NCBI GenBank assembly: GCA_044343805.1
Contig: JBIJDZ010000001.1
Coordinates: forward strand, 78,392-142,391
Source of the DNA: Chthoniobacterales bacterium
Lineage (GTDB): Bacteria > Verrucomicrobiota > Verrucomicrobiia > Chthoniobacterales > JACTMZ01
Direction of reading: 5' to 3'
Length of the DNA: 64,000 nucleotides
Shown here: positions 39,392 to 50,450 of the stretch, one piece after another
Position numbering within the stretch: the first letter of the stretch is position 1
Layout of the letters: the number at the start of each line of letters is the position of its first letter
Made by a program: the position numbers and the translations under genes
Notes under the pieces: generated by a model
Databases searched by the model: none
Told to the model about the DNA's origin: nothing
The model's input: only the letters and a program-made list of their open reading frames with translations

Positions 39392-40834
39392 TTAAATCAC
39401 TCCAACTGGTCGCCCCTCTGGCTCATGACGAGGCTCAGGCTGCTGTCGTGCCAGATGCCAGGAAAACATTTTCATGACAAGTAGGTGGATGGGAGCCTGC
39501 GTGATCCGGTAGAACCACCACGGTAAAGACGGGCGGTAGTTGAAAATGGCCGCGAGCACGCTTCGTCGATCGGGACTCTCGCGAAACTCCAACCGAGCAG
39601 GCGCTCTTCCATCCGCCGCATCTGCCTCTACGGCTAACAAACCTCCGGTGATATAGTAAAGCGGACGATCTGCCGACGAGCGATCCCGCGAGTAGCTGAG
39701 CTCCAAAAGCGGACGCCGCACGCCCGTAAAACGAAAAGCGAGATTCAGGCGCTCATCCACGGTCACTCTCAGAAGTAATTTGAAAAGTGACGGCAACCAC
39801 CGCGCATACTCTTGCGCCACCCAGATGGCATCCCGTCCCGGGGGAAGCGGCAAACGTTGGATAGAGCAAACATAACGTCCCTGCTCGGATTGTTGGCCCC
39901 GACGGGCAAGATGTGCATCCGCTTCAAGGGCCTCAGTCTCGCCGGCGAGCGCCTCGTCCAAGGCTTCCGCAAAGCTTTGCGGGATGACTCCCGCCCGATT
40001 CTGCATCGTCGGGGAATGGGCAACCATCGCATGACGCAGACTTTCGACAAGCGGAGCGACCAATTCTCGGTGCGCCCCTGTGACCAAACGTATTCCCCAT
40101 ACGCTCAACCGCGTGGGCACAAACGGCAGCGTGACAATCCAACGGCGCTTGCCCAAGCGGTTTGCCGTCCGACGCATCAAATCGATATAGGTCATCACCT
40201 CCGGTCCGCCCAAATCGAAAGCACGACCAAACATTTCCTCGCGGCCCAGGCAGAAACGCAAAAGTTTCACCACGTCACGCAGCCCGACTGGCTGCGTCAT
40301 GGATCGGGTCCAGTGCGGACAAACCAGCAAGGGCGACCGCTGGACCAACCGTACCACCATACGAAATGACGATCCACGCGGGCCGACAATCAAGCCCGCT
40401 CGCAAACTCGTCACCGGCACACCACGCGCGGCCAGGACGCGCTCGACTTCTAAGCGACTGGACAGATGACGCGACAACTGCGCGTCGTCGGGAATAATAC
40501 CCCCCAGATAAACAATCTGCTTAACGCCGGCCCGGGCAGCCGAGCGGGCAAAATTGTCAGCCAGGATGAAATCCATGTCTTCGAAACCCGCCTGCGTCAA
40601 CCGCGCCGGCAACATTGAGTGAACGAGATAAATTGCGTAATCAGCTCCGGTCAGAGACCTCTCGGTTTGCAGAAGTGAGAAAAGATCACACCGCTCCCAT
40701 CGTACCCCCGGAATCGAGGCCGAAACACTGCGACTTAAGGCAATGACGTCTAACGTCTCAGCAAGCACTGGCAGCAACGCCGTGCCGACAAAGCCAGATG
40801 CCCCGGCCACTACAACGACCGGCCGTTTCGTCAT
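39392..40834 (-). CDS. NAD(P)-binding SDR-like domain fused to a DUF2867-like C-terminal domain
   Basis: Has the Rossmann motif VVVAGASGFVGTAL. The C-terminal roughly 150 aa resemble DUF2867 architecture proteins. The ATG is at 40834. Confidence 0.6.
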   Translation of the reverse strand: MTKRPVVVVAGASGFVGTALLPVLAETLDVIALSRSVSASIPGVRWERCDLFSLLQTERSLTGADYAIYLVHSMLPARLTQAGFEDMDFILADNFARSAARAGVKQIVYLGGIIPDDAQLSRHLSSRLEVERVLAARGVPVTSLRAGLIVGPRGSSFRMVVRLVQRSPLLVCPHWTRSMTQPVGLRDVVKLLRFCLGREEMFGRAFDLGGPEVMTYIDLMRRTANRLGKRRWIVTLPFVPTRLSVWGIRLVTGAHRELVAPLVESLRHAMVAHSPTMQNRAGVIPQSFAEALDEALAGETEALEADAHLARRGQQSEQGRYVCSIQRLPLPPGRDAIWVAQEYARWLPSLFKLLLRVTVDERLNLAFRFTGVRRPLLELSYSRDRSSADRPLYYITGGLLAVEADAADGRAPARLEFRESPDRRSVLAAIFNYRPSLPWWFYRITQAPIHLLVMKMFSWHLARQQPEPRHEPEGRPVGVI

Positions 40835-40886
40835 CCCCGCCATCCAGCCATGAAACACCTATCTGCAGCAGGCGCAAGCACAGGGA

Positions 40887-41309
40887 TCAACCCGCGCGCT
40901 GTTTCAGCAGGTCGCGAATTTCCACCAAAACTTTTTCCTCGGCGGTTGGTTCGGCAGCCACCTCAGATTTTGCCGCCTCCTGCTTCTTGAGAACATTGAT
41001 TGCCTTGACCAGCATGAAGATGGCCCAAGCAATGATCAGAAACTGTATAACAACCGTAATGAATGCACCGTAATTCAGCGTTGCCGCACCCGCTGCTTGG
41101 GCGGCGGCAAGAGTGTCGTAGGATTGGCCATCGAGACTGATAAAAAGTTGGCTGAAATCCATCCGGCCCAACAACAAACCTATCGGCGGCATGATGAGAT
41201 CGTTGACCAGCGAGTTGACGATTTTTCCAAAGGCGGCACCAATAACGACACCAACGGCGAGGTCAATGACATTGCCACGAGCGATGAAGGTTTTGAATTC
41301 TTGAAGCAT
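40887..41309 (-). CDS. mscL: Large-conductance mechanosensitive channel
   Basis: Begins [44 protein letters not shown], the canonical MscL N-terminus. The 41399 start in the track is an upstream extension. Confidence 0.9.
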   Translation of the reverse strand: MLQEFKTFIARGNVIDLAVGVVIGAAFGKIVNSLVNDLIMPPIGLLLGRMDFSQLFISLDGQSYDTLAAAQAAGAATLNYGAFITVVIQFLIIAWAIFMLVKAINVLKKQEAAKSEVAAEPTAEEKVLVEIRDLLKQRAG

Positions 41310-41390
41310 AGAGCTACCCTTCATGTAGCTTTTCCAGCTGCATGGCCAGCCCAAAACCGAAGATTGACCACTGTGCATGTCCAGCATCCC

Positions 41391-42164
41391 ATGAGACAAA
41401 TGCTTCGCGAAATTCTCTTTTTACTCACATTAACTACGGCCGCATTATGCGCCGAACCGCTCCGGGTCGGGATGGACCTTTCCTATCCGCCGTTTGAAAC
41501 CATAGGAGCTGACGCCAAACCGGCAGGGATCAGCGTGGATCTGGCGGAAGCTTTGGCGAAGGAGATGGGACAGCCGCTGAAAATTGAAAACATCCCGTTC
41601 ACGGGACTGATCCCCTCGCTCAAAACCGGCAAAATCGACTTGATCATTTCATCGATGACGGCCACACCGGAACGCGCCAAGACAGTGGCATTCTCCGACC
41701 CCTACCTCACGACCGGATTGGCCGCTTTGGTTCCCAAAAACAGCACGGCACGAGATCTGGCCGGCTTGGATCAAAGCGGCAACACCGTGGTTGTTCGCCA
41801 GGGAACAACCGGGGAAGTCTTTGCCCGGAGAAACATTCGAAACGCCAAAGTTTTGACGTTGGAAAAAGAAAACACCTGCGTCCTCGAAGTCGTTCAAGGC
41901 AAAGCTGCCGCCTTCATCTACGACCAGATGTCGGTCTTTCAAAACGCCAAACGCAATCCGGGTACTACGAGGGCATTGCTAGCCCCCCTGCAGCAAGAAT
42001 CTTGGGCCATCGCTCTGCGGCCTGAGGACGCTGAGCGACGCAACAAAGTGAACGCCTTTCTCCGGAAATTCCGTGGGGAGGGCGGTTTTGAAGCTCTCGC
42101 CGATCGCTACCTCGCCGAGGAAAAAGCCGCCTTTGCCGAGCAGGATATTCCGTTTTTCTTTTAA
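41391..42164 (+). CDS. Periplasmic substrate-binding protein, family 3 (polar amino acid ABC-type)
   Basis: Has a signal peptide ([13 protein letters not shown]) and the motifs [13 protein letters not shown] and [15 protein letters not shown]. The ATG at 41391 was verified in the sequence. Confidence 0.8.
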   Translation: MRQMLREILFLLTLTTAALCAEPLRVGMDLSYPPFETIGADAKPAGISVDLAEALAKEMGQPLKIENIPFTGLIPSLKTGKIDLIISSMTATPERAKTVAFSDPYLTTGLAALVPKNSTARDLAGLDQSGNTVVVRQGTTGEVFARRNIRNAKVLTLEKENTCVLEVVQGKAAAFIYDQMSVFQNAKRNPGTTRALLAPLQQESWAIALRPEDAERRNKVNAFLRKFRGEGGFEALADRYLAEEKAAFAEQDIPFFF

Positions 42165-44149
42165 CTCATGAGGCCTTGGGCTTCCTTGAGCAACGAATCA
42201 ACGCTGATTCCGAGTTTCTTCATCACGGTTCCGCCGGGTGCGCTCAAACCAAAGCGATCAATGGCGATAACACGGCCGGCCAGCCCGACATATTTGAACC
42301 ATGGCTGGCCCACCCCGGCTTCGATCGAGATGCGATTGGCGCAGGCGGGCGGAAGCACTTCATCGCGATATGTCTGCGGCTGACGATCAAATCGTTCGAA
42401 GCAAGGCATGGACACAACTCGCACTGATGGCCCGAGCTTTTCCGCCGCCTGCATGGCCAAGTGCAACTCGCTGCCGGAGCTGAGAAGAATGAGTTTCAAT
42501 GTACCGGATTCATTCCGGGCAACGTATCCGCCACGAAACACGCCGTCTCTGGCCGTTTCCTGCGGGATCTGTCGCAAGGTTGGCAATGCTTGACGTGAAA
42601 GCGCCAGCAAGGTTGGTCCGTCTTGCCTCTCGAAAGCTGCGGCAAACGCACCAGCTGTTTCCGCAGGATCAGCCGGGCGAATCACGTCCAGATTCGGGAT
42701 CGCCCGCAATGCCGCCACGGTTTCAACCGGTTGGTGAGTGGGGCCATCTTCACCCACCCCGACGGAATCGTGTGTGAAAATATAAACCACCGGCAAGTGT
42801 GAAAGAGCAGCGATACGAATAGCGGGGCGACAGTAATCGCTGAAAACAAGGAAGGTTGCTCCGCTGGCATGGAAAATGCCGTCGTAGGCAATACCGTTAA
42901 GGATTCCGCCCATGCCGTGCTCGCGAATACCGAAGCGGATATTGCGACCCAATGGGTTGCGGGCGTCATAGTCGCCGCCGTCTTTGATGTAATTAAGAGT
43001 CGACCCATGCAAATCGGCGCTGCCACTGATCACCAGCGGCAACGCCTTGGCGACGTGCTGCAGCACGTCGCTGCCAGCCTTGCGCGTGGCGATATCCGGT
43101 GCGTCTGCCGGATACTCCGGAATACACTTGAGCAATTCCGGGACTTTTTTCTTCAGGGCGCTTTCCAATTCACCGGCAAGATCCTTGTTCGCTTTGCGCC
43201 ATGAGTCGTAACGCTGATGCCATTCGCGGCAGGCGCCCTCGAGCTCGGCGGCGTGCCCGGCAAAAAACTCACGCACTTCGGGCGAAACGTGAAATTTGTC
43301 TTCCGGAAGTCCCAGTCCGCGGCGGGCGTCCTCGGCATAATGGGCGCCACCCTCACCGTGAGCTTTGCTTGTGCCTGCAACCTCGGGAATTCCTTTGCCG
43401 ATCAGCGTCTTTGCGATGATCAGCTGAGGTTTGCCCGTTGCCGCCTTGGCCTTCTCGTAGGCGCGCAGAAACTCCTCTATGTTTTGCCCGTCAACCTCCT
43501 GCACCTCCCACCCCATTGCACGATATCTCGCCATGGTGTCCTCACTCTGCGTGTAGAGTGCCATGGCATCGAGCGTCACATTGTTGGAGTCGTAAATGAG
43601 GATGAGGTTGTCCAATTGCAAGTGACCGGCAAGCGCGCTCGCTTCGAAAGCCACCCCCTCCTGCAAGCAACCGTCTCCGGCCAGGCAGACCACTTTGTGA
43701 TCAAAAATGCGATGTTCAGCGGTATTGAAGCGCGCTGCCGCCATCTTGCCAGACATCGCCAACCCGACCGCATTGGCCACTCCTTGTCCGAGCGGACCAG
43801 TGGTGCACTCAACCCCGGGTGTTTCGTGAAACTCCGGATGCCCCGGAGTGATACTTCCCAGCTGGCGGAAATTAACGACCTGATCCAAAGAGACATCGAA
43901 GCCGGACAAGTGCAACCAACTGTAAAGAAACATACTGCCGTGACCCGCGGACAACACAAAACGGTCGCGATTAAGCCAGCGTGGTTCCCTCGGGTTGTAG
44001 CGCAGGGCGACACCGAAGAGCACCGCGCCAATTTCAGCGCAGCCAAGCGGAAGCCCCAGATGCCCCGACTTGCAAGCAGCAATAGCATCTAGTGCCAGAC
44101 CCCGCGCGTCCCGCGCGGACAAAGATAGTATTTCGTGGGAAAAATTCAT
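42161..44149 (-). CDS. tkt: Transketolase
   Basis: Motifs present are [37 protein letters not shown] and [11 protein letters not shown]. Its length is 662 aa. Confidence 0.95.
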   Translation of the reverse strand: MNFSHEILSLSARDARGLALDAIAACKSGHLGLPLGCAEIGAVLFGVALRYNPREPRWLNRDRFVLSAGHGSMFLYSWLHLSGFDVSLDQVVNFRQLGSITPGHPEFHETPGVECTTGPLGQGVANAVGLAMSGKMAAARFNTAEHRIFDHKVVCLAGDGCLQEGVAFEASALAGHLQLDNLILIYDSNNVTLDAMALYTQSEDTMARYRAMGWEVQEVDGQNIEEFLRAYEKAKAATGKPQLIIAKTLIGKGIPEVAGTSKAHGEGGAHYAEDARRGLGLPEDKFHVSPEVREFFAGHAAELEGACREWHQRYDSWRKANKDLAGELESALKKKVPELLKCIPEYPADAPDIATRKAGSDVLQHVAKALPLVISGSADLHGSTLNYIKDGGDYDARNPLGRNIRFGIREHGMGGILNGIAYDGIFHASGATFLVFSDYCRPAIRIAALSHLPVVYIFTHDSVGVGEDGPTHQPVETVAALRAIPNLDVIRPADPAETAGAFAAAFERQDGPTLLALSRQALPTLRQIPQETARDGVFRGGYVARNESGTLKLILLSSGSELHLAMQAAEKLGPSVRVVSMPCFERFDRQPQTYRDEVLPPACANRISIEAGVGQPWFKYVGLAGRVIAIDRFGLSAPGGTVMKKLGISVDSLLKEAQGLMS

Positions 44150-44258
44150 GAGCGCTTACTTTACGCCGCGTGGAAGGGCCGTGGGCAAGCAAACTCTCTG
44201 CCCATAAGCCGATGCGAGCGATTCCGCCAATTGCTTCTTCACCATATTTCCGCCAAAG

Positions 44259-45107
44259 TTGCATCCGATGAACGACAAAGTCACCGTGCGTGTGCCCGCC
44301 ACCAGCGCCAACCTCGGCCCGGGCTTCGACTGCCTCGGCGTCGCCCTCGACTGCTACAACCATGTAACTGTGCTCCGCGGACAAAAATCCGCCGCGGACC
44401 CCATGGTTGATGCTGCCGCCCGGGAGTTTTTTGCCTTTTCGGGCAAGCATTCCTTCGATTTCTCTTGGAAAATCACCGGAGACATTCCCCGCTCACGCGG
44501 CCTCGGCAGCAGTGTAGCCGTACGCTTGGGTATCCTTTATGCGCTGAACACTCTCTGCAAACACCCCCTTTCCCCAGACACGCTTTACCGGATCTGCTCC
44601 CGATTGGAAGGACACCCCGACAATGCTGCCCCTGCAGCTTTCGGCGGCTTTGCCGCCGCGCGACAAGACGGGCTATTTTTTCGCTGCGACATCTCTCCGG
44701 ATCTGCACTTCGTGCTGTTGGTGCCGGAAAAAGAAATCGACACCGACTCATCCCGTATCCAGCTACCCGACACCATCCTCCACACGGATGCGGCGCGGAA
44801 CACCGCGCACGCCGCCTTGGTCACGGCCGCGTTTGCCAGTAGACAATACGAGCTTCTTCGCGGCTCCATGCGCGACTGGTTGCACCAGCCCTACCGCGAA
44901 AAGGGAGTACCCCACCTTCGTCCATCCATCGAAGCCGGCGTCGCTGCGGGCGCTTTGGACGGATATCTGAGTGGCTCGGGATCAGCCGTGGCGTGCATCA
45001 CTTTACGTAATCCCGAACACGTTGCAGCAGCGATGAAGTCTGTCATGCCGTCTGCATGCATCATGATTCTTCATGCCGATAACATCGGCGTTGCGGTCGT
45101 CGCCTGA
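44259..45107 (+). CDS. thrB: Homoserine kinase (GHMP family)
   Basis: Has VRVPATSANLGPGFDCLG and the GHMP motif IPRSRGLGSSVA. An alternative ATG lies at 44268. Confidence 0.85.
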   Translation: MHPMNDKVTVRVPATSANLGPGFDCLGVALDCYNHVTVLRGQKSAADPMVDAAAREFFAFSGKHSFDFSWKITGDIPRSRGLGSSVAVRLGILYALNTLCKHPLSPDTLYRICSRLEGHPDNAAPAAFGGFAAARQDGLFFRCDISPDLHFVLLVPEKEIDTDSSRIQLPDTILHTDAARNTAHAALVTAAFASRQYELLRGSMRDWLHQPYREKGVPHLRPSIEAGVAAGALDGYLSGSGSAVACITLRNPEHVAAAMKSVMPSACIMILHADNIGVAVVA

Positions 45108-45113
45108 TTTTCT

Positions 45114-46274
45114 ATGCGCGTGCTGCTCGAAAGATTTGAACGCTATGCGGTTGACGTGATTTTGGAGCGTCGCGATGGCGGACGCGCAAATGCCCTGAAA
45201 TTTGTCCTGGGCGGGTTTTCCGTTGCATACCGGCGCGCCGTGCAAACACGGCTGGCTCTTTACCGCCGGCGCCTCATGCGGCCGCAGGAATTGGGTTGCA
45301 TGGTGGCCAGCATCGGCAACCTCACGGTCGGCGGGACCGGTAAGACTCCCGTGGCGGAAATGCTTGCCCGCGAGCTGCAAAAACGCGGTCGCCACGTGGC
45401 CATCCTCAGCCGGGGTTACAAAAGCGTGCCCCGCCCCTTCATCCACCGCTTGCGCAACAAAATCTTCAAGCATCTCGAACTCTTCCCTCCCCGCGTAGTT
45501 TCCGATGGCCAAAAAGTTCTGCTCGACTCCCGTCTCGCCGGTGATGAACCCCACATGCTGGCCAAAAACCTTCCCGGGGTTTGCGTGCTGGTGGACAAAG
45601 ACCGGGTGAAAAGCGGTCTCCATGCACTCCGGCATTTCGATAGCGACATTCTGCTCCTCGACGACGGACTGCAATATCAGCGCTTAAGGCATCGGATGGA
45701 CATCGTTTTGGTGGATCGTCAGTCACCTTTCGGCAACGAACACTTATTGCCCCGCGGCACCCTTCGCGAACCTCCCGAAAACCTCCGCCGCGCCTCGTTC
45801 ATCATCATCACCAAAAGTGGCCCGGAGCCGGATCACGCCCTGCTGGCTCGGCTGCGCAGGCTCAATCGCACAGCGCCGATCATCGAGTGCACCCATGCTC
45901 CGCGGCACTGGCAGGATCTGCTCACCGCAAAAAAGTTTCCTCTCGATCACCTTCGAGGGCGGCACGTGGGAGCCATGAGCGGAATCGCCCGTCCGGAAAG
46001 CTTCGAGGAAGGCGTGCGGGCGCTGGGAGTAAACGTCGAGATCACCAAGGCCTTTGCCGACCATCACCGCTTCACCAAAAAAGAAATTCTGCGCTTTCTC
46101 GAGTGGTGCGACCGCCGATCACTCGACGCTCTGGTGACAACGGAGAAGGACGCCGTTCGATTCCCCGAAATCGACCATCCGCCCGTGCCGATGCTCTTCC
46201 TGCGAGTCGAGATTTCAATCATCCGCGGCCAAGAGCATTGGGAGGACTTGCTCAGACGCCTCGGCGGCCCTTGA
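45114..46274 (+). CDS. lpxK: Tetraacyldisaccharide 4'-kinase
   Basis: Has the P-loop context [14 protein letters not shown] followed by LSRGYK. Length is typical. Confidence 0.85.
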   Translation: MRVLLERFERYAVDVILERRDGGRANALKFVLGGFSVAYRRAVQTRLALYRRRLMRPQELGCMVASIGNLTVGGTGKTPVAEMLARELQKRGRHVAILSRGYKSVPRPFIHRLRNKIFKHLELFPPRVVSDGQKVLLDSRLAGDEPHMLAKNLPGVCVLVDKDRVKSGLHALRHFDSDILLLDDGLQYQRLRHRMDIVLVDRQSPFGNEHLLPRGTLREPPENLRRASFIIITKSGPEPDHALLARLRRLNRTAPIIECTHAPRHWQDLLTAKKFPLDHLRGRHVGAMSGIARPESFEEGVRALGVNVEITKAFADHHRFTKKEILRFLEWCDRRSLDALVTTEKDAVRFPEIDHPPVPMLFLRVEISIIRGQEHWEDLLRRLGGP

Positions 46275-46284
46275 TTTACCCACG

Positions 46285-47463
46285 CTATCGGCGACTGTGC
46301 CACACGTAACGTTCGAGCAGCACCTTTATCGTGGCCGTCAATGGAACAGCCAGCAGGGCGCCAAGCAACCCGCCCAAGACCAAACTCCAGATCAGGACCG
46401 ACAAGATCACCACAAACGGCCTCAGGCTTACCGACTGTCCCACAATGCGGGGGGCGATGAGAAAACCTTCGAGATTGTTCATGCCGAGGAAAATGGCCGT
46501 AACAATCAGCGGGTGCGTCCAATCACCAAACTGCGCCGCGGCAATCAATACGGCAGGAATCCAGCAAATCAGCATTCCCAGATAAGGAATAAGTCCGAGA
46601 ATACCGACGGCCAAACCGACCAAAAGTCCGAAGTTCAAACCCATCACCAGCAAAGCCGTGCCGATCAAAACACCATCGATCAGGCTGACAACAAATTGTC
46701 CGCGGAAATAACGCACCAAGTAACTGTTTATCTCCTCGAGGAGCGAAGCCACTTCGGTGCGCAGCGGGGACTCCGGCAGCGGGATATAATTCCGCCAATT
46801 ACCGGCTATCTCGCCCGCATCCTTGAGAAAGAAAAAAAGGAAAAGAGGAACGAGCAGCAGGCTCAAAGCAATACCAGCCACACCTAAAAACCCCCCCAAA
46901 CTTCGCTGCAGAAACGCACCGCTGCTCGTCAGGATGGCCGGCAATCGCTCCTGCACCCAAAGCGTCAGATCCTGCACATAAGACCCGGCTAAGGCCCAAA
47001 CCTCGTCGCGCATTGTGCGTTCTGCCCCCTCCGTCAAAGCCGGGTCGAATCGTTGCTGCATACCCCTCACCCAATCGAGGGTCGAAAGCATGAGCTTTTC
47101 CGCCCTGACGGAGTGCTCGGGCAATGTTTTGCCGAACTCGACTGCTTGATGCGATACCGCAGGAGCGACCCACAATACAATTCCGGAGAACATTGAAGCC
47201 AAAAGCAAAAACAACAACAAGACCGCGTTGGTGCGCCTCATTCCCCACGTGCAGAATTTGGCGACTACAGGCTCCAACAGGTAGGCCAGGATCACCGCCA
47301 CAACGATGGGGATGAGCAATGGCTGCAAAAAAGCCAATGCTTTCACCACCAGATAACCGGCCAAAACCGTCAGGGCCGATAGCACGGCCAGAGCTACCGC
47401 TGTCAAAGCAGCATACCACATCCGCTTTTGCCACGGTGTTGGTTGCGATACGTCATCACCCAC
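46285..47463 (-). CDS. AI-2E family transporter (PerM/UPF0118)
   Basis: A polytopic membrane protein with the typical C-terminal pattern (PYLGMLICWIPAVLIA, GGLLGALLAVPL). Confidence 0.8.
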   Translation of the reverse strand: MGDDVSQPTPWQKRMWYAALTAVALAVLSALTVLAGYLVVKALAFLQPLLIPIVVAVILAYLLEPVVAKFCTWGMRRTNAVLLLFLLLASMFSGIVLWVAPAVSHQAVEFGKTLPEHSVRAEKLMLSTLDWVRGMQQRFDPALTEGAERTMRDEVWALAGSYVQDLTLWVQERLPAILTSSGAFLQRSLGGFLGVAGIALSLLLVPLFLFFFLKDAGEIAGNWRNYIPLPESPLRTEVASLLEEINSYLVRYFRGQFVVSLIDGVLIGTALLVMGLNFGLLVGLAVGILGLIPYLGMLICWIPAVLIAAAQFGDWTHPLIVTAIFLGMNNLEGFLIAPRIVGQSVSLRPFVVILSVLIWSLVLGGLLGALLAVPLTATIKVLLERYVWHSRR

Positions 47464-47520
47464 GGCCGTATCCTGCGGAAGGATCAGCCGTGGTGAAATA
47501 CAAAACTTCCTCCACTTCCA

Positions 47521-47540
47521 GATCTCAGTCGATCTCAGTC
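47521..47540. repeat. Perfect 10-bp tandem direct repeat (gatctcagtc x2) spanning the stop codon of the 47535-48227 gene
   Basis: Read directly from the sequence at 47521-47530 and 47531-47540. Confidence 0.9.
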
Positions 47541-48227
47541 TTTGCCGAGAATCTCAAGATAGGAACGCTCCAACGGCCGGGAGGAACTTCCCGGTCCGTA
47601 TTTCTCGATGCGCATCTGCTTGAGCATCCATTGACCATCCATACGCTGCCCGGAAACAACCTCAAATCGACGTAAAAGCTTACCCTGCCAATCGTAACCC
47701 TCGATCCTCAGCAGCGCCCCGGTGTCGGCATCAACCCACGCCCGCACCACGGCAAACTCCGACCCGCGCTTGGCCGGACGCAACTCGATTTTCCAAGCCG
47801 GACGAGTTCTGATGATCTCCTTACCGAGCATCCGGGCATCCGGCCAATACAGAAACCCGAGCGAGAGGTCCTCAACCGTGACCCCGGCACCATTGGCCAC
47901 CGGCTCTTGCATGCCTTTGGACATCGGCACTCCTTTGCCGTCGTAAACACCCGACGAGTCCTCTCCCAGACGCACCTCGTAAATACGTGGGGGATGGTCA
48001 AAACCGAACCACATACGCCCGAAGCTGACTTTCAATGTAAACGGAGTGACCTCCGATCCCGCGCGCAGCTGACCGCGCACGGACGCCTCCTGGCTCGTCG
48101 AGGCCATACGCGCCACGCGCAAGACCTCCTGCGGATCAGGGGCCGCTTCAGACCATGGTCCCGCGGCCAAAAAACACCCAGCAGCGAAAAATGACCAGAT
48201 TACCAATTTTATCCTTCCTTGTCTCAT
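47535..48227 (-). CDS. Secreted LolA-like / outer-membrane lipoprotein-sorting-like protein
   Basis: Has a signal peptide (LVIWSFFAAGCFLAAGPWSEA). The body is beta-rich and ends in a pattern (GQWMLKQMRIEKY) similar to LolA_like-family proteins. The assignment is tentative. Confidence 0.5.
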   Translation of the reverse strand: MRQGRIKLVIWSFFAAGCFLAAGPWSEAAPDPQEVLRVARMASTSQEASVRGQLRAGSEVTPFTLKVSFGRMWFGFDHPPRIYEVRLGEDSSGVYDGKGVPMSKGMQEPVANGAGVTVEDLSLGFLYWPDARMLGKEIIRTRPAWKIELRPAKRGSEFAVVRAWVDADTGALLRIEGYDWQGKLLRRFEVVSGQRMDGQWMLKQMRIEKYGPGSSSRPLERSYLEILGKD

Positions 48228-48230
48228 AGC

Positions 48231-48917
48231 ATGGAACCCCCAACACTATCACATGTGCACCCGACCCTCGACCAACAACTCTTTCTTTTTCTGAATGCCG
48301 ACCGAGGCCTGCCTTGGCTTGATAAATCTTGGGCCATTTTTTCGAGTCTCGACTTCTGGATGCCCTTTCTTGTTCTCGCCGGCGTGCTCGTTGCCTGGCG
48401 GGGCGGGTTCCGGGGCAGAGCCATGCTCGCCTGTCTGCTTGTTTCCATCAGCTTGATGGAAGGCGGCGTTATCAACCCTTTGAAAAAAACATTCGGCCGT
48501 CCCCGCCCCAATAGCGTTTTGTTTGAAGCACGCTCCGTGGATTTGGCGCCGGCCTCACCTCGCCTACTGGCGATCGGTGCACCGGTTCAATCCAAGCCGG
48601 CCGAAGTGATCTCTCCACCGGCCCGAGGAAAGTCGTTCCCGTCCGGCCACACCTCCAACATGTTCTGCTTCGCCACCGTGCTGGCCGTGTTTTATCGCTG
48701 GCGGGGCGCCTTATTTTTTATTCCGGCCACCCTTGTCGGTCTCTCCCGCATTGCCACGGGGTCTCATTGGCCATCGGATGTTCTTTTCAGCGCCATGCTG
48801 TCCATCACATTAACACTGGGCTTGCTGGCTATTTACCGATGGCTTTGGAAAAAATTCGGACCACACCTTTTGCCCTCCGTCGCCTCCCGACACCCGCAAC
48901 TTTTTTCCGCCGCATGA
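48231..48917 (+). CDS. PAP2-family lipid phosphatase
   Basis: All three acid-phosphatase motifs are present: KKTFGRPRP, PSGH and SRIATGSHWPSD. The ATG at 48231 lies 3 nt from the divergent ATG of the LolA-like gene. The track start at 48219 is TTG. Confidence 0.8.
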   Translation: MEPPTLSHVHPTLDQQLFLFLNADRGLPWLDKSWAIFSSLDFWMPFLVLAGVLVAWRGGFRGRAMLACLLVSISLMEGGVINPLKKTFGRPRPNSVLFEARSVDLAPASPRLLAIGAPVQSKPAEVISPPARGKSFPSGHTSNMFCFATVLAVFYRWRGALFFIPATLVGLSRIATGSHWPSDVLFSAMLSITLTLGLLAIYRWLWKKFGPHLLPSVASRHPQLFSAA

Positions 48918-50410
48918 AGTCCGGCATTTTCATTCTGCTGCTCATTGCCGCGTTGACCGTCCTTCGGTGGTTGTGGAACATCCCTCGAGAACTCTCCCCC
49001 GCCGAAGCTTATCTCGCACTGTGTGGCTTCTCACCAGCTATCGCCTATTTCGACGGGCCTCCCGGAACCGCCATCAGCGTCGCATTGGGTATCCGCCTCG
49101 CCGGGGCCAACGGTCTGGGAGCTAGTTTGCTTTGGCCCCTATTCGCCTTCGCTGCCTCGCTGGGACTTTACCAATTGACCGCGCTGATGAACGGCCGTCG
49201 ATCGGCTCTGGCCATTACCGTTCTTCTAAATCTATTGCCCGTGTTCAATGAGGCCGCAGTCAATCCCTCTAGCTTCATGCCGTTGGCCATGTTCGGACTT
49301 GGATTCATGGCCTGCACATGGCGGGCCGTTGAAACAAAGCTCACCCTATGGTGGATAGCCGCCGGGCTATGCGCTGCTGGCGGCTTGCTTTTTGGCTATT
49401 TGGCCTGGTTCTTCCTCCCGGCTGTCAGCCTGGCTTTGCTCGCCTCACATCGTTGGCGCCATTTGCTGATCAGTGCTGGTTTTTGGATAGCTGCGCTTCC
49501 TCCTTTGGCTGTGCTGGCCCTGCTGCTCTGGTGGAATGCTCAAAACGGTTGGGTACATTTTATCGGTGGAACATGGCAAACGGCGCTCACTCTCGACTGG
49601 CCCCGTTTTCCATCGGGAATTGTGCAAGCCTCGATTGCGCTCTCGCCCCTTGTTTTCCTTGCCATCGAAGCTGGCTATGTCCTCGCGCTGAGCGAGATCC
49701 CCCGATCGCCCCGGGCAAAGTTTCTCACGATTCCAGCAGTTGTGGCCCTGCTCATTGCTGCTTACCAGTTGCTGCAAGGCGAATCAGCCTTTGCCTCGGG
49801 TATGCTGGCGGCATGCCTGAGCCTCCCCTTGCTGGCTTGGTTTCCATCAAATTTGGCAGGCATCTCCGGACGGACCGCTCTCTCTAGTGTTTTTGCCACT
49901 GCGGCTCTCTGGACCGGCGCCATCTTCGCTGCGCATATTGCGCCTCAACCGCTCGTCAGTGCTCAGGTAGGTCGCGCATTGGAAAAACTGCGGGCCGATC
50001 AGCAGGCCGAACTTCCGCTTTTTCTCATCGCCCAGAACGCACCTCTGGCCTCGGCATTGGCCCTGCAGCTTGCCGATCTATCTGATGCCCACCCCGGACA
50101 CCCGCCCGTGTATGTGGTGGAGTCTCCATACGCCGACAGCCAGTTTGCACTCTGGCCACGTTACGATCAGTTTGTTGAAACAGCACAGGCAAACGGCGAA
50201 ACCGCCGACGATCCGTTTACGGAGCAAAAAGGGAGCAATCTTTTTCTCGGCCGCACAGCCCTCTACATCACCACGCAGAATGCCAATGAACTCCCGCAGT
50301 CCATCACGGCCGCATTTGCTTCCCACCGACATTTAGCAGAGATAATCACCCCTACAGGAACGATTCTCCACGTTTACCTCTGCTCGAACTACGAGACCCT
50401 CCCATTGTAA
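48914..50410 (+). CDS. GT-C fold membrane glycosyltransferase (ArnT/PMT_2, GT39/83-like)
   Basis: Has an ArnT-like N-terminal loop motif (ELSPAEAYLALCGFSPAIAYFDGPPG), about 10 or more TM helices and a C-terminal soluble domain. The ATG overlaps the PAP2 stop (ATGA). Confidence 0.7.
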   Translation: MKSGIFILLLIAALTVLRWLWNIPRELSPAEAYLALCGFSPAIAYFDGPPGTAISVALGIRLAGANGLGASLLWPLFAFAASLGLYQLTALMNGRRSALAITVLLNLLPVFNEAAVNPSSFMPLAMFGLGFMACTWRAVETKLTLWWIAAGLCAAGGLLFGYLAWFFLPAVSLALLASHRWRHLLISAGFWIAALPPLAVLALLLWWNAQNGWVHFIGGTWQTALTLDWPRFPSGIVQASIALSPLVFLAIEAGYVLALSEIPRSPRAKFLTIPAVVALLIAAYQLLQGESAFASGMLAACLSLPLLAWFPSNLAGISGRTALSSVFATAALWTGAIFAAHIAPQPLVSAQVGRALEKLRADQQAELPLFLIAQNAPLASALALQLADLSDAHPGHPPVYVVESPYADSQFALWPRYDQFVETAQANGETADDPFTEQKGSNLFLGRTALYITTQNANELPQSITAAFASHRHLAEIITPTGTILHVYLCSNYETLPL

Positions 50411-50450
50411 GCGTGACGTTCTGCTTGGGCCTCGCTATTATTTTTAGTCC

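Noticed and set aside
44186-44208. An inverted repeat tgggca-N11-tgccca in the tkt/thrB divergent region, as a possible operator.
   Set aside because: It is a 6-bp arm with a long spacer. It is plausible by chance and there is no supporting context.
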